Below, piece after piece: positions 28,821-38,404 of a stretch of 64,000 bases of DNA. The number at the start of each line of letters is the position of its first letter. The stretch's first letter is position 1. The notes under the pieces are model-generated. The model saw nothing but the letters and a program-made list of their open reading frames with translations. It made no database searches and had not been told where the DNA came from. The DNA comes from a virus, in the IMG/VR virus record IMGVR_UViG_3300020205_005279, positions 25,051 to 89,050 of that record; one strand, written 5' to 3'. The translations under genes and the position numbers were made by a program.

Positions 28821-29030
28821 CTATTCTGATTCGCCTATGTCTTTAGTATCTTTAAACTGGGAAGAGGCGGACCGATCTATATAAACAACTTCGGCATCGA
28901 GTATTTTTGCATATAGTTCTTTCGCTGTCATTTTACCAGTGTTGTAGTCTTCGATAAATTTATCGGCTCCATCAACAATAATTGGTTGTGAGTTGGTAAG
29001 GATGTTAATGCCGGTTTGTTCTGTGTTCAT
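28821..29030 (-). CDS. Hypothetical protein (69 aa)
   Basis: ORF track; ATGA overlap with the upstream gene; contains the GTTTAAAG motif (28857-28850) that precedes the portal. Confidence 0.55.
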   Translation of the reverse strand: MNTEQTGINILTNSQPIIVDGADKFIEDYNTGKMTAKELYAKILDAEVVYIDRSASSQFKDTKDIGESE

Positions 29031-30010
29031 TGCTTAGACCATTCTATTTGTAATTTTTCTGTTTCCCTTACAAGTTCTTTAATCATTTCTGGCCACTTTT
29101 GTTCATAGGAAGCTAAGTAAATATGCCATTTTTTTGGCCATTCTGCCGGAGTGAATTTGTGATCTAGTTCAGGAGGCGGGGTTGAAGTGAAAATCTTGCG
29201 TAATGCCCCTACCCCCGCGGCAACAAAATTATACCGATTTTTTGTGTAATATTTTTCTAAGACTACGAGAGGAACGTGAGGGAACTTTTCTCCAAAGGCC
29301 TCAAAAAGTGGAGAGTTTTTAATATCTACACGTTCTTCCTGAACGGCTTTTTGATTTACATATTCATACGCCTCGTCTAGTTGTTCTGCAATGAGTGTTA
29401 CATTAAACGGGCATTGCTCGTAGTCATTTATTTCTTTCCAGAATACTTTTAATGAGTCATAAGCTGCAACAATGCTATGCTTAGAAAACTTTGATAGTCT
29501 ATCACCGAGGTCTTTTTTAAGACTTTCTATTAGGTGAATGTCTGTAGCCTCTGGCCATTTTGTCGCCCGGTGAGAGCACCCACTTGCCCACAAAAACGCC
29601 AGTAGGAGAGTTTTGATTCGGCCTTCTCTTAAGTCTTTGAGTGGGAGAAGATTGTTGTTTTGAATATACGTATACCACTGCTCAAAGAGCTTAGAAGCGC
29701 GTTCATTTGCCCCTTCCCATACTTTGGTTTTTGATATTAGGCCTAGGTGTTTATCATTACAGGCTCCGTATGAACTTAGTTCATTAAACTCTCGGTCTTC
29801 TTCTGTAACTCCTTCTGGTATCTCAAGAGCTTTTCCTGGGGCCGAATGTCCCTTTCTTAGGGCGCTTCTCACACCCTCCAGTTTTATTTCGTGCGCAAAT
29901 GTCGCTTCTGTTTTCCAGCGATCATGCGCTAGGATCATCTCCAGATACTGCAGCCCCTGTTCTTTTTGCGGGAGAGCTGAGATTGTTTGCAGTGTCTGAA
30001 GAAGTTCCAA
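29027..30010 (-). CDS. Hypothetical protein (327 aa)
   Basis: Long ORF, no recognisable motif. Confidence 0.7.
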   Translation of the reverse strand: MELLQTLQTISALPQKEQGLQYLEMILAHDRWKTEATFAHEIKLEGVRSALRKGHSAPGKALEIPEGVTEEDREFNELSSYGACNDKHLGLISKTKVWEGANERASKLFEQWYTYIQNNNLLPLKDLREGRIKTLLLAFLWASGCSHRATKWPEATDIHLIESLKKDLGDRLSKFSKHSIVAAYDSLKVFWKEINDYEQCPFNVTLIAEQLDEAYEYVNQKAVQEERVDIKNSPLFEAFGEKFPHVPLVVLEKYYTKNRYNFVAAGVGALRKIFTSTPPPELDHKFTPAEWPKKWHIYLASYEQKWPEMIKELVRETEKLQIEWSKQ

Positions 30011-30437
30011 GACGACGAAGAGCTACGTTGATATACCCTATTATATCATTGTGGGACCACGTGTCAATGACTTTGTTAAAAAGTTTAGGATCAATACGTC
30101 TGACGTCGACCCCAGCTCTGATAATATAATCGATGTGGCTTTGAATGGATTGCCCCGGTTCATCATAAAGGAACAAAGTTGGTCCTTCGTTGGGCTCACA
30201 CGTTTCTACAACACTCATTGCCTTAAATAGCTCGGATAGGAGAGTTGTGTCATAGCCACAAAAAATAATAAAGTCTGTTTTGCGGATTGTAGGTTCTGTC
30301 AAACTCTGGCGAACTTTTAGATCCACCCCATCTTTCTCGGTTAGCATTTGTTCTAAATGCACCGCCATCTTGTTGATGTCGGACTCGGCGTTTACATTTT
30401 GCCCCTTGAGCAATACCACTGAGAGCTTCAATTGCAT
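29922..30437 (-). CDS. Hypothetical protein, possible degenerate LOG/SLOG-like fold
   Basis: TDFIIFCG..TLLSELFKAM...PTLFLYD pattern; overlaps the next gene by 89 nt. Confidence 0.4.
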   Translation of the reverse strand: MQLKLSVVLLKGQNVNAESDINKMAVHLEQMLTEKDGVDLKVRQSLTEPTIRKTDFIIFCGYDTTLLSELFKAMSVVETCEPNEGPTLFLYDEPGQSIQSHIDYIIRAGVDVRRIDPKLFNKVIDTWSHNDIIGYINVALRRLGTSSDTANNLSSPAKRTGAAVSGDDPSA

Positions 30438-30472
30438 AAACTTTAAATTCTTGTCATAACTTTAACCTTGAA

Positions 30473-30480
30473 GTTTAAAG
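30473..30480 (+). promoter_or_regulatory. Putative late promoter GTTTAAAG
   Basis: ~24 nt before ATG 30505. Confidence 0.65.
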
Positions 30481-30504
30481 TTTAGAAAAGCATTATACTA
30501 GGAT

Positions 30505-33500
30505 ATGAACTCGGCACTGATCGAGAGACTAAAAATTGCCGGGGAACGCACTGTTGCCGATGGGGTCGCTCAGTATGAGCGCGAGTTTGGTAGGTTTCTT
30601 GTCAGTTTAATAAAAACAAACTTAAAAATTGCATTTTTTGAATTACTAATTGCAATTTTAGATCGGCTTGAAACAGACGAAGAAATAACAATCTTGCCCC
30701 TTAAGCAAATTTTACTTCAAGTAATATTTGAATTAGAACTCGATTCGGCAAGAGCGACTCAAGTCTCAGATGAGGTTTTTGCAGCACTTTACAAAAAAAT
30801 TGAATCAGAGCCTAATTACGACGCTGAATTTGTCGGAAAACTTAAACTATACCAAACTCTCGTCTCTGAGGCGTTTAATGACTTAGAGTTTTTTAGTTCC
30901 TCGTCGTCCCAAGATATTCTTAGGGAGATTGTAGAATACCAATACTCAGATAAAAAGTACTCATTCATTCCTAGGGAAATAGACGAAAATCGTAAGGTAT
31001 TTACTCTGTTTTCCAAAGAACGTTATTGGGAAACATTTGCCACTCTTACTGATACTACCTCGTATTCTCCATTGGGGTATAATAGATCAGCAACTTTCCT
31101 GGGACTTCCTCAATACAGAGTGTCTATCTCCTACGAAGATCTCATTATATACGACGGTGTTCTTTATAAACTCAATCCCGCGGTCTCTTCTCCCAACCGT
31201 GAGCAGTTTGTGCCGGAACAGTGGGTAGAGTACAATTCTCGGAGATTTGACCGTTCAAAATCTTTTTCTTCGACGCATAAATCTCTTGTAAGAACGCTTT
31301 ATACTACATTTTTAGAGCAGGGATTTGACATCAACGAGATTATCTCTGATTCTAAAATTGAAAAATTTGATCAGACGCAAAGCGTAGATTCCGAGCTCCT
31401 TCCACTGACTTTCGGTGGACAAGGAAAGCAAATTTATGACTCTGTCAAAGAACTTGGGATAACATCAGAAGCTTTTGGGGGATATGAAGGTTCGCCTATA
31501 GGTGGAATTGAATATGCTACTCAGTACATAGAGTATTTGTTGGCTTCTGCATTTGGCCGTAAGATCGGAGAAACATTTAACATTTTGTTAGGAGCAGAGG
31601 ACTTTGGTAAATTTAACGTTGTTTTTTCCTCAAAACTTTCCCAGGATAGCATTCCCGGGCTAAGCTTTTTAAACAAATTTGGAAAGCTTCGTTCCTTCAC
31701 CCACGGACAAATTTTACCAAAATACGTAGATATCTCTAAGCCTAAAATTATATACAATCCGACTTACGTTCAATTCTACACGGGGTTGGATGATAGGTAC
31801 TCAAGTGCAACGGTTCCAAATACATACTCAGAACCACCAAGAGTAGATCTTTTACTCTACGGAATAGAAACTTTGTACAGGAGATGCTTGGCCATTGGAG
31901 ACAATGTAAATGCAATTTTGAACTTAACCGGAGATGGCGGAAAACTTCCGGGGTATGAAGGACTCGGTTCCATCGAAACGCAAATGACAGAATTGCAAAA
32001 TGTATTTCCTCCTACGTCATATTTTCTAGAGTCACAAACAAAAATAGGAGCAGGACTTACAGGCGTAACTAAGTACCTCTTAGACTCATACTCTAGGCTT
32101 TCGATGGCGCTGGTGTACCCAGAGTTGCCCGGAAAAGCCCTTAGTTTTTTCCCTAAGTGGATAGAGTTGATTAACAATCAACTAGAGGAGCTTATTGATC
32201 TTTTTAAGAACATTGGCATAGGTTCTAAAAATTACATTCCCAACCTTTCTTTCAGACAATTTGATGTTAAAGACACAAAACTTGTTCAATTTTTATCTTC
32301 TTTGGGATTTAGAGACTCAGAAATTAGCCAGTTACTCGACATACAATCTTTCGATCAGCTAATTACCAACTTTGCTCCGTTGTCTGACTCTTCGGATCTT
32401 AAGTCGTTTTTCAAAGCGTACGAGTTATCCCAACTCATATATGAGTTTGGCGGGGATAGTGGTATTTCCACGTATCTTTCGTTTCTATATTCTAAGTCTC
32501 CAATAGATTCGTTGTTAAATATTTTATCTTTGTCGCAAAAAGATCGTTCTAGTATTACAAGTCTGCAAATTAGTAAGTATCCCAAACTTATTGGACTGCT
32601 AATCGGGTTGACCTATGCAATCGATCCTACCCAACTTGTCAGGTTTAATAGAATTTTAGGGGAAAATAACCTCACTCTTTTAGAATCGATTGAATTTTTG
32701 TACCAAAAAGGAGAGAGCACTTTAATAAAGTCGGAACAAGACATAAGTCTTCTAGGACCTGTAATAGAACAGATCATCCAAGGTAATTATGCGGATCCAT
32801 TTGCGTCACCAGATCTCAATTATTCGCAAACAAATACCACAGTGCCTATTGCCCTTAGGCAGTGGACTCAACTCATAGGAGATAACTTAGGCCAATTATC
32901 TTCACCGGAGGCAATTAGGCATCTTTATGACAAATCCATTGGACTTACACCCAAGGAACTTATTTCGATTTTAAACAATCCGACCTCTCCGACTCCATTT
33001 GGGGAATTGATCGACGGATTTTCTGGTGGAGAGTTTACGCAGTTTATTAAGTACGCTAATATTTCCGGCCTGGCCATAAAACTAAGTTACTATAAAAATT
33101 CCTATCAAGTAGACAACTTTCCTGTCGATATAGAAGCAACCTACTTTACTTTGCCGATACTTCTGCAGAATCTAGAGGAGGCAAAAACTGCCATTTTGTT
33201 GGTTGGGACAATTTTTGAAGGGAAGTTGGACTTTAGATTTAGTGAGGAAGGAAATATTCAAGAGATAATTAACCCGCTGGTGTTTTCACAAAACAAATCA
33301 TTCGGAGTCTTTCCGGAGATTATTAGGGCAATTGCTCCAATAGAATCTGCAGGTTTTACTACAAGTTTAACACAAAACTCCAGTAGTTTTTCTAATATAG
33401 CCGGAGATGCCCCTATCATAGAATCGCCAGGCATAGGAAATTCTCGTTTGCCTAACAGAATACCGACCCTCAATTCTATTACTCCAGAGCAGTTCGAGGC

Positions 33501-34413
33501 TCTATTTGGAGCACTGATTCAGCCACAAAGTGCTCAGAGTGTAGTTCGAGATGTAGTTAATCCCGGCCTTATTAACAATTTTATCAAATTTTCGGATGGA
33601 AACAAACTTATTAACGGCATAAATCAAGTCGATGAGGCCCGATCATATGAAACTACACGTTCAAAACCTGCCTTATATTCACCAGCAACTCGCTATGAAA
33701 TAGAGCGAAGGGTCGAGGTTTCTGCCACCATCTCATATTTTGTTCCTCAAATTTATGTAGATTCAAATCTAAGGCCTTCAGATTTTTCCGGAGCTTCTAA
33801 TGTAAAGTTTATCTCTTTAAAAGATCAAAATTTAACCTCTCCGTTACAAAAAACATTCAATCCTATAGAATCATGTAGGAGATTTGGTGGGACAAATTGC
33901 GATTCTATTTTTGAAGGAGTTGCCGATCTTTGTGTATTTGGGTATAACAAGTCACTCTTTCCAGAGGAACCTACTCAAAGGGCGGGGGTTCCCGACAACG
34001 TGGTGCTGATCGATCGCCCGCTGGGAACGTTTGCAGACTACAAACCGAATCAGTCATTGCTTCCTACATCATCTTTTAAATCCCCTCCGTCGTACTATTC
34101 GCTTATTAGCGAAAACATTATTCCGGGTCGCTGGGGAGAACCTATTGCACCGTTTATTAAACCCGCCCCTGTTGTCTATGATTCCGGAAACGGAGCGCTA
34201 AGCGAGTATGGAAACTCTGAATATGGCATTGTAGAGTTTATTAAAGCAAAACTTGAAAAAAATACAGAGTTTAATTGCGCAACGCTAGATTCTCCTTTCA
34301 ATTATCAGATTTGCATGAACATCATGAAGTGCAAAAAATTCGTTCCCACAGAACAAGGTGAATATTACCTCAAGTTCTGTCCTAAAACTCTTTCTGGAGG
34401 TAGGTTAAAATGA
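30505..34413 (+). CDS. Large hypothetical (probably virion) protein, 1302 aa, Cys-rich C-terminus
   Basis: Long helical ORF with the late motif upstream. Confidence 0.6.
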   Translation: MNSALIERLKIAGERTVADGVAQYEREFGRFLVSLIKTNLKIAFFELLIAILDRLETDEEITILPLKQILLQVIFELELDSARATQVSDEVFAALYKKIESEPNYDAEFVGKLKLYQTLVSEAFNDLEFFSSSSSQDILREIVEYQYSDKKYSFIPREIDENRKVFTLFSKERYWETFATLTDTTSYSPLGYNRSATFLGLPQYRVSISYEDLIIYDGVLYKLNPAVSSPNREQFVPEQWVEYNSRRFDRSKSFSSTHKSLVRTLYTTFLEQGFDINEIISDSKIEKFDQTQSVDSELLPLTFGGQGKQIYDSVKELGITSEAFGGYEGSPIGGIEYATQYIEYLLASAFGRKIGETFNILLGAEDFGKFNVVFSSKLSQDSIPGLSFLNKFGKLRSFTHGQILPKYVDISKPKIIYNPTYVQFYTGLDDRYSSATVPNTYSEPPRVDLLLYGIETLYRRCLAIGDNVNAILNLTGDGGKLPGYEGLGSIETQMTELQNVFPPTSYFLESQTKIGAGLTGVTKYLLDSYSRLSMALVYPELPGKALSFFPKWIELINNQLEELIDLFKNIGIGSKNYIPNLSFRQFDVKDTKLVQFLSSLGFRDSEISQLLDIQSFDQLITNFAPLSDSSDLKSFFKAYELSQLIYEFGGDSGISTYLSFLYSKSPIDSLLNILSLSQKDRSSITSLQISKYPKLIGLLIGLTYAIDPTQLVRFNRILGENNLTLLESIEFLYQKGESTLIKSEQDISLLGPVIEQIIQGNYADPFASPDLNYSQTNTTVPIALRQWTQLIGDNLGQLSSPEAIRHLYDKSIGLTPKELISILNNPTSPTPFGELIDGFSGGEFTQFIKYANISGLAIKLSYYKNSYQVDNFPVDIEATYFTLPILLQNLEEAKTAILLVGTIFEGKLDFRFSEEGNIQEIINPLVFSQNKSFGVFPEIIRAIAPIESAGFTTSLTQNSSSFSNIAGDAPIIESPGIGNSRLPNRIPTLNSITPEQFEALFGALIQPQSAQSVVRDVVNPGLINNFIKFSDGNKLINGINQVDEARSYETTRSKPALYSPATRYEIERRVEVSATISYFVPQIYVDSNLRPSDFSGASNVKFISLKDQNLTSPLQKTFNPIESCRRFGGTNCDSIFEGVADLCVFGYNKSLFPEEPTQRAGVPDNVVLIDRPLGTFADYKPNQSLLPTSSFKSPPSYYSLISENIIPGRWGEPIAPFIKPAPVVYDSGNGALSEYGNSEYGIVEFIKAKLEKNTEFNCATLDSPFNYQICMNIMKCKKFVPTEQGEYYLKFCPKTLSGGRLK

Positions 34414-35228
34414 CGCAAAAACTTCATTCTTTCTTTAAGGTGACCAAAGAGTCTAAGCAGATGTCTTTTGGGAGAAAAACGCCACATAATTTTAACTATG
34501 TAGATTTTCTAGATCCAGAAAATATTTATCTTGGCAATAACGCACTTTTGCACAAGCAAATGAACGATTCTTATTTGCTGGAGATTGATCTCGATGACAA
34601 ATACAAATCTAACATACAGGAATTTAAATTTACAAACCAAAATGTTCTCACCTGGGAGGATTATTGGATCGATGCTAAAACTAACACCTTAATAGATCCA
34701 CGTATTGAACGAATTAACTTACAAAAAAATCAACTTATACACGCCAATTTTAACCTATCTAGACAATTTCTTACACACGTAAATCTTGAGGGGAACTTAA
34801 ATTTGCGTGGTGTGTTTCTTTACGATTCCCCTAATCTCGAGGTGCTTAATTTGTCTAATTGCCCCGCGCTTGATGTAGTTAATCTAGGGAATAATAGATC
34901 TCTCAAAGCATTGTTGGCCAGAAACTGCGCTCTAACCCCGGCGGCGCAAGAATTTTTACTTAGAGATTTTTGCCCAATTACCACCTCATCTAGCAATAGG
35001 CCATTTGAGATGTTTCGTAAATCCTATGAAACTTTAGTGGATTTGAGAGGGAGTCAAATTGACTGGGGTAACAGAAAAATTGCTTCTAAAATTAGACTAT
35101 TGCTTTGCAATAATTGGTTGGTTTTGTGGGACAACCCCCCACCAACTTCTATTGTCCCCCCTCAAATGTACGCGTTTTTTTCGACTAATTTATCTGATTC
35201 TCTGATTAAAGATTATTACTATGGCTGA
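34410..35228 (+). CDS. Leucine-rich-repeat protein (272 aa)
   Basis: LTHVNLEGNLNL, LEVLNLSNCPAL, LKALLARNCAL. Confidence 0.75.
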   Translation: MTQKLHSFFKVTKESKQMSFGRKTPHNFNYVDFLDPENIYLGNNALLHKQMNDSYLLEIDLDDKYKSNIQEFKFTNQNVLTWEDYWIDAKTNTLIDPRIERINLQKNQLIHANFNLSRQFLTHVNLEGNLNLRGVFLYDSPNLEVLNLSNCPALDVVNLGNNRSLKALLARNCALTPAAQEFLLRDFCPITTSSSNRPFEMFRKSYETLVDLRGSQIDWGNRKIASKIRLLLCNNWLVLWDNPPPTSIVPPQMYAFFSTNLSDSLIKDYYYG

Positions 35229-36081
35229 TTTACGTAAACGTTTTATCGAGGACTATGCTGGTGGCCTATTGAATGTGGCGCGGCAAGAACTCTCCACTAC
35301 CGGCGAAGTCTTGGCACAAGATGGACTTACGTCCGAAAACACTTTATTTGTAGAAGATGGCACCGGAACAAAGTCCGGTCTCAAACTAGGTGTAAGTTTG
35401 GCCGAGGCAGTAGACCCAACAACCGAAACCGGGTTGGTTAATGTGCGATTTGCCGATCGTACCTACGCAAAACTCAGAGACTTTAAGATCTTCTCCACGG
35501 CAATTGCGTCCGCCCAAGCGGCTCTTTCAGAAGCCGCAACTATTTCCATCTCTAATTTAGAGACAACTCTTCAGCTTCTTGAAGACGACATCTCCACCGT
35601 AGAACAAAATTTTCAACAAAATCTGGTTACTAACCAAGAACAACTTCAAAATTTAACTCTTACCCAGAGAGATTTAGAACAAAAATCTTCTGAAACTAGC
35701 GTAGAGATTACCCAACTAGGCTCTAGGGTAACTAAACTTGAGTCCCCCATTGAATCTCCCCAAGAACTAAGTCTTCTTGAAGAGAACATAAATCAATTTT
35801 ATTTCACCGGGACTATAGAAGTTGCTAATAGCGTGGTTACTGGAACCAACACAGTATTTACGGATTTAAATGTCGGAGATATATTTGTAGCAACGACCTC
35901 AGCGGGTGAGGACGTAGAATTTAAGATTACTGACATTACCAACAATACACAACTTAACGTCACCCCGACAAATAAAACCGTTACTGCAGGTTCTAGATTT
36001 CGGCAACCTCGTGAACTTCAACTTGCTAAAAAAATTAACGATATTCTCAAAATTATGAGAAGTCTAGAGTTCATTATATAA
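35221..36081 (+). CDS. Coiled-coil fibre-like protein (286 aa)
   Basis: Heptad-rich middle; C-terminal GTIEVANSVVTGTNTVF...VGD domain. Confidence 0.6.
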   Translation: MADLRKRFIEDYAGGLLNVARQELSTTGEVLAQDGLTSENTLFVEDGTGTKSGLKLGVSLAEAVDPTTETGLVNVRFADRTYAKLRDFKIFSTAIASAQAALSEAATISISNLETTLQLLEDDISTVEQNFQQNLVTNQEQLQNLTLTQRDLEQKSSETSVEITQLGSRVTKLESPIESPQELSLLEENINQFYFTGTIEVANSVVTGTNTVFTDLNVGDIFVATTSAGEDVEFKITDITNNTQLNVTPTNKTVTAGSRFRQPRELQLAKKINDILKIMRSLEFII

Positions 36082-36426
36082 ATCGTTAATAATCTCATCT
36101 ATAAGCTCGATATCTACTCGAACTGAGTATAAGGGACCCACCTTTTTAAGAATAAAAAATACAATGCCTATAGATTTTTCTTCTTCGGTGGGAAAAAGAC
36201 TTTCCCATATTTTATCATAGGAGTCTTTTCCGCCTATCATCTGATACACGGTGTCAGGATCAAAAACCCAAAGACAATCAGACTGATCCGCCGTTGCTAC
36301 ATATAGAGCAAAGGGAGTTCTGTGAGCTAATACAAATTCTAGGCACTCGACCATTTCCGAAAGGTCTTTTGTATTTCTTAGGGAGTTTTTGAGAGTTTCT
36401 TTTTCTTGTTCTGAGTTAATACTCAT
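36064..36426 (-). CDS. Hypothetical protein (120 aa)
   Basis: ORF track; ATGA overlap with the deaminase gene. Confidence 0.6.
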   Translation of the reverse strand: MSINSEQEKETLKNSLRNTKDLSEMVECLEFVLAHRTPFALYVATADQSDCLWVFDPDTVYQMIGGKDSYDKIWESLFPTEEEKSIGIVFFILKKVGPLYSVRVDIELIDEIINDLYNEL

Positions 36427-36833
36427 GGGACTTTTTGTATAGATACACCAAGTTGATTTAAAACATCTAGTCCTTCAGTTATTCTATAGGCGTGCTTGTA
36501 ATATACTTTTTTAACTCCGCTCTGTGCAAGAAGTTTTGAGCATTCTGGGCAAGGAGAGTGGGTGCAGAACAGTTCAGCGCCTTCAATGGATTCTGTAGAT
36601 TTTGCCATTTTGACGAGGACGTTTTGCTCGGCATGCAATACAAAAGGCGACGTGTTTCCATTTTCCTCCTCGCAGCAGTTGGTTTTGTAACCGCTAGGGG
36701 TGCCGTTCCAACCATGGGCAAGAATGCTTCCGTTTTTTACAATTATGGCGCCCACCTTCAGCCTATTGCACTCAGATACCAGAGCGAATCTTTCCGCAAT
36801 GTCCATATATGCGTTGATTAGTTCGGGTTTCAT
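36423..36833 (-). CDS. dCMP deaminase
   Basis: KVGAIIV, GWNGTP, LHAEQN, THSPCPEC. Confidence 0.92.
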   Translation of the reverse strand: MKPELINAYMDIAERFALVSECNRLKVGAIIVKNGSILAHGWNGTPSGYKTNCCEEENGNTSPFVLHAEQNVLVKMAKSTESIEGAELFCTHSPCPECSKLLAQSGVKKVYYKHAYRITEGLDVLNQLGVSIQKVP

Positions 36834-36860
36834 AAGTTAGTGGCTCCTTGTACCATTCTA

Positions 36861-37163
36861 TCAGACTTTGAAGGATCTGGTGCTTGTAAGCCCTAACTTC
36901 TTAATAATATGACTATTGAATTTTTTGAGGAGTCTCCGGTCCTCCTCTCCAAGGAATATGCTTAAAGTCTTAGGGACTTTTACTGGCTCCTCCTTCACCA
37001 ACTCTTCAATTAGTTCTTCTACTAGTTCCTCTTTCTCCTTTTCTGCTTCTACCTGAGGTTCAGCAATTTCAGCAATAGATACAAGGAAGTTCTCCTGCCC
37101 TGGTGCCTCCGGTGCCTCCGGAGCTGTGAAGTTAGGTTCTTTTTTTGTTTTTCTGGTTGTCAT
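36861..37163 (-). CDS. Hypothetical acidic protein (~100 aa)
   Basis: Likely start MTTRKTKK at 37163 (ATGA overlap with the upstream gene). Confidence 0.55.
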   Translation of the reverse strand: MTTRKTKKEPNFTAPEAPEAPGQENFLVSIAEIAEPQVEAEKEKEELVEELIEELVKEEPVKVPKTLSIFLGEEDRRLLKKFNSHIIKKLGLTSTRSFKV

Positions 37164-37372
37164 CTGATTCTCCTGCATGAGGAACATCCGCTTTGTCTGT
37201 AGGGGGAGGGGAGGGGAAGATTGGTGGGGTACACCGGGCCTTCCGTCAGGCCTGGCGCCAAGCCTGACTGATTTCTCGCTTTAGGGGTGTTATTTAAACT
37301 TGCCCACTTCCTTAGGCTATTAAGTTCCGAGGACGAAATTTGGCTAGGGTTGGATCGGTTACTATTTGCCAT
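37160..37372 (-). CDS. Small protein with C-terminal GCSSCRR motif
   Basis: ORF track; CxxC at the terminus. Confidence 0.55.
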   Translation of the reverse strand: MANSNRSNPSQISSSELNSLRKWASLNNTPKARNQSGLAPGLTEGPVYPTNLPLPSPYRQSGCSSCRRIR

Positions 37373-37438
37373 ATATTCAATTTAAACTCTTATGCGTCAG
37401 ATTGCGAGGCGGGTGTGGTTATGTTGCAAAGGCGTTGA

Positions 37439-38398
37439 CTACCAAGAATATATTAGCACTAAACCTGGACCGCCGTTACCTCCCGCACCACCGCCACCCG
37501 TGGTTCCGCCAGCGCCCCCGCCGCCCCCGCCAGATCCAAAACCGCCATTGCCACCTCGACCGCCAGCAGTAGTTCCAGTTTCTGATGAGCCGCCGCCAGA
37601 GCCACCACAAGACAGCAGAGGCTTAGAAAGTGCTACTCCAGCAGATCCAGGACCACCCGGGCCAGGATCTCCTCCGATACCTCCTGGTACTGCGCTAAAT
37701 AAATTCAAAACGGCTGTTTGTGATAGAGGCGCCGCGACCCCGCCCCCAGCTCGACGATCACCGCCACCACCACCAGCACCACCAGAAAGTAGAAGCCCTG
37801 CGGGAAGCCCTGTGGCTGGGTAAGTAATCGAGTTTCCGACGTTATTGTTACCACCTGTTGCACCTCCTTGGCCGATACGCGAAGTAAGTAGTCCTTGCCC
37901 AGCCATCAATACGTTAGCTACTGCTGTTGCTGCTGCGGCAGTACCAGCGGAGCCCCCAGCCGGAGCCCCCGTGCCCCCGCCGCCACCCCCGCCGTTTAGG
38001 GCAGCACAAATCGTGTAAATAGCTACGTTACTTTGGGCAATAGAGACATAAGATGCAATACCGCTGACTCCAGGATTGCTGACAGTGGTTGAAGAGGCGC
38101 CACCGCCCCCGCCACGACCTGACGAGACGTATAGTATATCAGGTAGTAAAGAAGCTGGGATTGATACTTTTGTAAGAGTGCTACTGCCACCTCCGCCGCC
38201 CCCGCCACGAGCCTCTATATCTGTGTTAGGAAAGCCACTACCACCGCCTCCACCACCGCCAATGCAGATAATGTTAATCTTAGTAATACCGGCGGGCTTC
38301 TCCCAAGCCACCCATTGTCCGCCGTTGCTGGTACTAAAACCGGGAAATACGCTGACAAAACCATTTTGTGGTTTTGGGATGTCGAATACGTTAAGCAT
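37439..38398 (-). CDS. Glycine-rich tail fibre/adhesin protein, copy 2
   Basis: W.KP.G...I.CIGGGGGGG ... GGNGG.GLV.I.SW Gly-rich fibre domain. Confidence 0.75.
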   Translation of the reverse strand: MLNVFDIPKPQNGFVSVFPGFSTSNGGQWVAWEKPAGITKINIICIGGGGGGGSGFPNTDIEARGGGGGGGSSTLTKVSIPASLLPDILYVSSGRGGGGGASSTTVSNPGVSGIASYVSIAQSNVAIYTICAALNGGGGGGGTGAPAGGSAGTAAAATAVANVLMAGQGLLTSRIGQGGATGGNNNVGNSITYPATGLPAGLLLSGGAGGGGGDRRAGGGVAAPLSQTAVLNLFSAVPGGIGGDPGPGGPGSAGVALSKPLLSCGGSGGGSSETGTTAGGRGGNGGFGSGGGGGGAGGTTGGGGAGGNGGPGLVLIYSW

Positions 38399-38404
38399 CA
38401 GTGA

